DNA of 63,085 nt, filler included, from Craspedostauros australis (lineage: Eukaryota), in the NCBI GenBank assembly GCA_030167865.1. It is 5 parts of 5 records of this genome, joined end to end, with 100 filler letters (N's around TTAATTAATTAA, not from the genome) between each part and the next. Parts side by side here need not be neighbours in the genome. Positions count along the whole stretch, not along the records: positions 54,074 to 60,115 come from JALAGF010003448.1; positions 60,216 to 63,085 come from JALAGF010003450.1; 3 more parts are not named here. One strand, written 5' to 3'. Position 1 is the stretch's first letter; every line of letters begins with the position of its first letter. The notes below the pieces were generated by a model. The model made no database searches, was not told where the DNA came from, and saw nothing but the letters and a program-made list of their open reading frames with translations. A program made the position numbers and the translations under genes. This document shows positions 58,898 through 63,085 of the stretch, one piece after another.

Positions 58898-60115
58898 CGG
58901 TATAGAGTACTTCATCGTGATCGTGCGTAGTGTACCAACAAGGAAGTCCAGCACGTATGCACACGGATGTATTCGTATTCATTTTCGTGCTCGTAGTCGT
59001 AGTCACAGTCGTACCCCATCTGAGCTATGCATTCGTATCTCGCTGGTGCAATCATCGGCGCGTGCTGTTTGCGCTTCATAATCCTGACAGGCGCTTGATC
59101 AGATTTCCGTGAAGGCGCCAAAAACATCCCCGGTCACTACTTTGGGATCAAGAAGTCTCATTCGTCCCTTGCGGTCACACTGGTACGATCATACTGTGGC
59201 CGATCTCGGATGAGACTCCCAAGACACCGGATAGAATGGAGGGGTTCGAGTGGCTATTTTTTGGCGTGGCCGGCGACTCCAGCCAATCAAATGGCTTAGA
59301 CTTTATCACTGGCACGAGCAAGCCATCCCATTGAAGGGTGAATTGAGGGGAGTTTGGGTCATTTCTCCCGAGCTTTGTTGCGCTTGGAGTTCTCATTTGG
59401 AACCGTGTGACGCAGACGATCCGTTCTGTGCCGGATCGATTCTCGTCGTGAACGCTGACAGAGACGGTGGGATTGGGTGGTTGGTTTTGCACGAGGAGTT
59501 GAACAACTTTTACACTTTCTCAGAAATCACGTATTGAGCAAATAAAATGCAATTTTTGCGTGCAGTATCTCCGTGTGAGTATCTCGACGTGGCAAACTCC
59601 ATTGTCGTAACTGAACGACGATTCCGACCGATACGTTCATGATATCATTGCTATGGGACTATCGTAGCTCCGTACTGTTGTCGCTCATATCAAGTACTAC
59701 CACCATAGTACCAAGTATTACGAAAAATTGACAAAATTGTTTCCACAAAATCCCAACAAAACAAGGACAGAAGTGTCCCTTTGATGTGAACGGTGACACA
59801 GCGCCATCGCCATCGCCATCAACCATGCCAACACCAACACCAGGATTGGCATCGACACAGAAGATGGTATCGATGCTGTCATTGAGTCCAACTATGCAGA
59901 GGCTTGCACTAACAAAAGGTCCAACCCATGCTCTGTATAGTGCTTGGAACAACTATCTGCTGAACACATTCAGCCACGCTTCCGACAATACACATCCAAA
60001 GACGCACATCCAACAACGCAGACTCCATCCGCTTCGTTGGAGGTGATGGCAACATCAAGATAGCCAATTCTATGCATCGCCCATGTGTATCACAGCCAGC
60101 CAACAACTGCCAACT

Positions 60116-60215
60116 NNNNNNNNNNNNNNNNNNNNNNNNNNNNNNNNNNNNNNNNNNNNTTAATTAATTAANNNNNNNNNNNNNNNNNNNNNNNNNNNNN
60201 NNNNNNNNNNNNNNN
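60116..60215. other. Artificial contig linker
   Basis: N44-TTAATTAATTAA-N44. Confidence 0.97.
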
Positions 60216-60234
60216 CATATGTAACCGTACTCAC

Positions 60235-63085
60235 CTCCACCTTGAAGACGCCACGCTTCCTTGCCAGCTTATCGAAGGCGTTGTAAATGCCCTCCAACAG
60301 AATGAACACCTGCGTCGGTTCTCGCACGGATGACCAAGCAGTGAAGCCAACGATGTCCGCAAACAAGACCGAGGCGTTCAGGAACAGATCCGCAATTGGT
60401 TTGCTGTTCTGGTGCATCGATGAGGCTGGGATAATAGACGCCATGGACAGCTTCCGACTCATCGATGCCTCCGTCACAGAGTGGCTGTGTTGACTGTATC
60501 CGCCGTCCAATCCCATTCCTGCGCTGCGTTGAGGGCTCGCCCCAACAAAGCTGGTTTGATGGCCGTCGCCGTTGTGCCCGCTGCTTGGAGAAAAGGGTCC
60601 CAACGAGTGCTGCGATTTCATGACTGTGACGGGACCGCAAGATGCCGCAGAATCCGACGCCCGATTCGCCATGCGGAACGCGTCCTTGTTCTTGTCGTAC
60701 CTTCCAAGCAGCTCGGTGACAGGGTTCTTGGCTCGGTTCAGATTCGCTTGCTTCTGCTCCTCCTCTTCTCGTGCTGCAGCATCTTCCATCAGCCGGTCCT
60801 GCACGTTCCGGGGGAACAGCGAGCTGACGATGGCGGTGGATCTCGTGGCTGTCGTCATGACCTTGTCCTGCCGGCGTTTCACGGTGCAGTCGTAGATGAC
60901 GAAGACAAGCGCCGTGATGGAGAGGCCTATGATCACACCGACAGTGTAGATGATGGGCTTGTCGGTGATATATGTGCTATGGAACTCCGAGGTTGGGTAC
61001 ATGTAGAGAGAGTTCTGGCAGTCGCTTCCTTCGAATGGGGAGAATGTGGTCTTAACCTCGTACGCATCCCATTCAGTGTCATGGAAGTCGCCGTTGCCCA
61101 GGTAGGACACATCGGGACCCGTGATGAGGAACGTGTACTCGACACCGCAGTTGCTGCGAATGACGATGTAAATCGGGTCGATGTCCTCCGGCAGGAGGTT
61201 CACGAAGTAGTTGTGCCACGGCAACAAAGAAATGACCGTCGCGACGATGGTTCTGTTCTCTGCGCTGGGCTTCTGGACCCGGTTGCGGTTGTTGAGGCTG
61301 CCGAGGGCCGTCGTCGCTTCTGTGCTGGCAGGATAGTCGAGGTCCTTCCGCAGAGTGGCGAAGACTGGGCTGAGGATGTAACTTTCCGGTGGCAAGAAGT
61401 TTCCACCTCTAGGCACTTGCAGGATCTCGGACAACACTGGACGTCCACTTCGGACGATGCGATCAAAGTTCTCAGGTATGCCCCGCAGCGTGAACGTATC
61501 GTGGTTCACGATGACGTCGTTCCCTACGACGGGCGCAACTTGCCAGAAGGGTGCGAACTTGCCTTTGGATATCGGCGATGATGCTCCAGTGACACCCTCG
61601 ACGGGACGAGGAGGGGTGAAGTTTGTCCAGATGAAGGGAAATATGGGAGGGGCCGTGCCATCATCCCCACCTCCCAGCACCCAGTCGGGAGGACCGCCAG
61701 TGCTGCCACCAGCGTCGCTGCTGTTGCTCCCATTGTTGACGAATGCTGGTGGTCCATTGGTGGTGCTCGTGGTGGAGACGTCGCTGGTATTCTCCCCAGT
61801 GACAAATGCCGGTGGGCCACTTCCCTGCGCAACGCCAGGAGGCGGCCCTGCACCTGTATTCGTTCCTCCGACACCCGGAGGTGGCCCTGCGCCTGCATCT
61901 ATTCCTCCGGCACCAGGCGGCGGCCCTCCGCCCGTTCCTCCCACACCAGGTGGTGGACCACCAGCTGACGTGCTAGGTATGAAGGGAAGCCCCATGTGCT
62001 TGTAACTTTCTGCTCTCCAAACTTCATTCTGCTGCATGACGTACCCCAGCCACTCGCCCTGCTGGGCTTCCGGGACGAGCGGGGCGACGCCTATCGATCG
62101 GGAGCCCGTCGCTTGGATGGCACGCTCCGCCAATGCCTCAAACAGAGGGACAGTGACCAACGGCCAGGTCGAATTCGTTTGGATGGCATGTGCGGTGAGC
62201 GATGTACTGAATTCCTCCAATGTACCCACGATGTGCTCCCCATTCAATTCGTACACGGTGATGATTTGATTTGCAAAGTCGGTGAACTAGAGAGACATGT
62301 TGCATCCGCGTTTGCATTCATAGTTGCAGGTTGGTTTGGCGTGCGTAGCAGAGTTCGAGTTGGTGCACAAACAAGGGGAGAATGGAACCGCCGCATGGGC
62401 GTAGGTGGAGCCGTATGGTATGTACGGCAGAGCACGTGGGAAGAGGAAGGATGAGATCGGGAAGGATGGTTAGAGATGAGATGCCAACGATGATGATCAC
62501 CACCATGGTGGAAAGCCAGCCACATGCATTGCCTCCTCTTGGTGGAATCTCATGTGGGCAATTGCAGATCAACCACTCCAGAACCGTACTCGTACTTGTA
62601 CTTGTACTCGTACTTGTACTCGTGCTTCTGTGTCAATGTGGGACCGGCATTCCGTAAAACCGGATACGATAGTTTCATGCATACAATCTTCCATACGCTC
62701 CAACAAAAAGCACGTACTCTGGTGACGAGATCATCTTCCTGTTGCTGTGATGTGAAGAAGTATGTGATGGTCGCGAATGCAGCCATGGTGAGCAGCAGGA
62801 CCATCACCAGCAGCATCTTGGAGCACGTCACGAGACGTTCCTCCTCCGCCGCGAGTGTGGAGGTGCTCATTGGCCGCGCCTTGTTGTCGATGCTGCTGGA
62901 CGGTACCGAGGCATCGTCATCTTCCATCACAGACGACGCGGATTCATCATCGTTGTGTGGGTTTGGCAGCCGTACGGCACTATTGTAGGTATGGCCATGG
63001 AAGGATTGGATCGATGTGGCTGGGGAATGGGTTGTTTCCGTGGGGCCCGAGTTGCCGCACGCGGCTTCATCGACTGTTGACGCAA
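60235..63085 (-). CDS. Receptor-type class III adenylate/guanylate cyclase (TM - extracellular CHASE-like - TM - cyclase), partial at both ends; exons >63085-62718 and 62286-60235
   Basis: Intron GTACGT...TAG (62717-62287) gives EDDLVTR|FTDFANQII. Motifs WPLVTVPLFE, PFWQVAP, YLGNGDFHD, TM2, IVSSLFP, KPIADLF...VLFADIVGFTAWSSVREP.QVF.LLE.IY.AFD and VFKVE, followed by donor GTGAGT at 60234. The frame is open to the window end. Confidence 0.9.
62586..62623. repeat. Hexamer tandem repeat GTACT(C/T) x6 inside the cyclase intron
   Basis: GTACTC GTACTT GTACTT GTACTC GTACTT GTACTC GT. Confidence 0.9.

Noticed and set aside
59500..60115. Continuation of the cyclase catalytic domain
   Set aside because: The expected TIGD/GLHSG/FGDTVN motifs are not seen in the minus-strand frames.
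1..63085. Prokaryotic operons, CRISPR array or defence island
   Set aside because: Spliceosomal introns and plastid presequences show a eukaryote. I saw no regularly spaced repeat-spacer array and no cas genes.
1..63085. Transposable element (RT, integrase, transposase, LTR/TIR)
   Set aside because: No recognisable TE protein motifs or terminal repeats were found by eye. Degenerate elements cannot be excluded.

Overview
Eukaryotic, diatom-like (stramenopile) nuclear DNA, not prokaryotic. The evidence is GT-AG spliceosomal introns that restore conserved motifs, SA-F-type plastid-targeting presequences, and gene families typical of diatoms. The window is five contigs joined by artificial 100-nt linkers (N44-TTAATTAATTAA-N44), so adjacency across the linkers cannot be trusted. 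It contains three COG3899-type STAND/AAA ATPase genes (two in tandem), a GH2 endo-beta-mannosidase-like gene, two head-to-head genes for probably plastid-targeted proteins, a GT-A glycosyltransferase, tRNA-Glu(TTC), and a 3-exon PAS-PAS-HisKA-HATPase-REC hybrid histidine kinase. It also contains an HA-domain protein, a two-dsRBD protein with a GNAT-like tail, a TGS1-like cap methyltransferase, a truncated GT34-like gene, a truncated receptor-type adenylate/guanylate cyclase and several hypothetical genes. The most notable locus is an intronless ~1520-aa FAAL-ACP-(TM/LbH)x3 protein with the architecture of poly-amino-acid synthetases (Pls/PosA) but a fatty acyl-AMP ligase front end, a candidate undescribed lipid or polymer synthetase. 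A non-coding 9-mer, TACTCGTAC, recurs across the window. All family calls come from motif recognition by eye; no searches were run.
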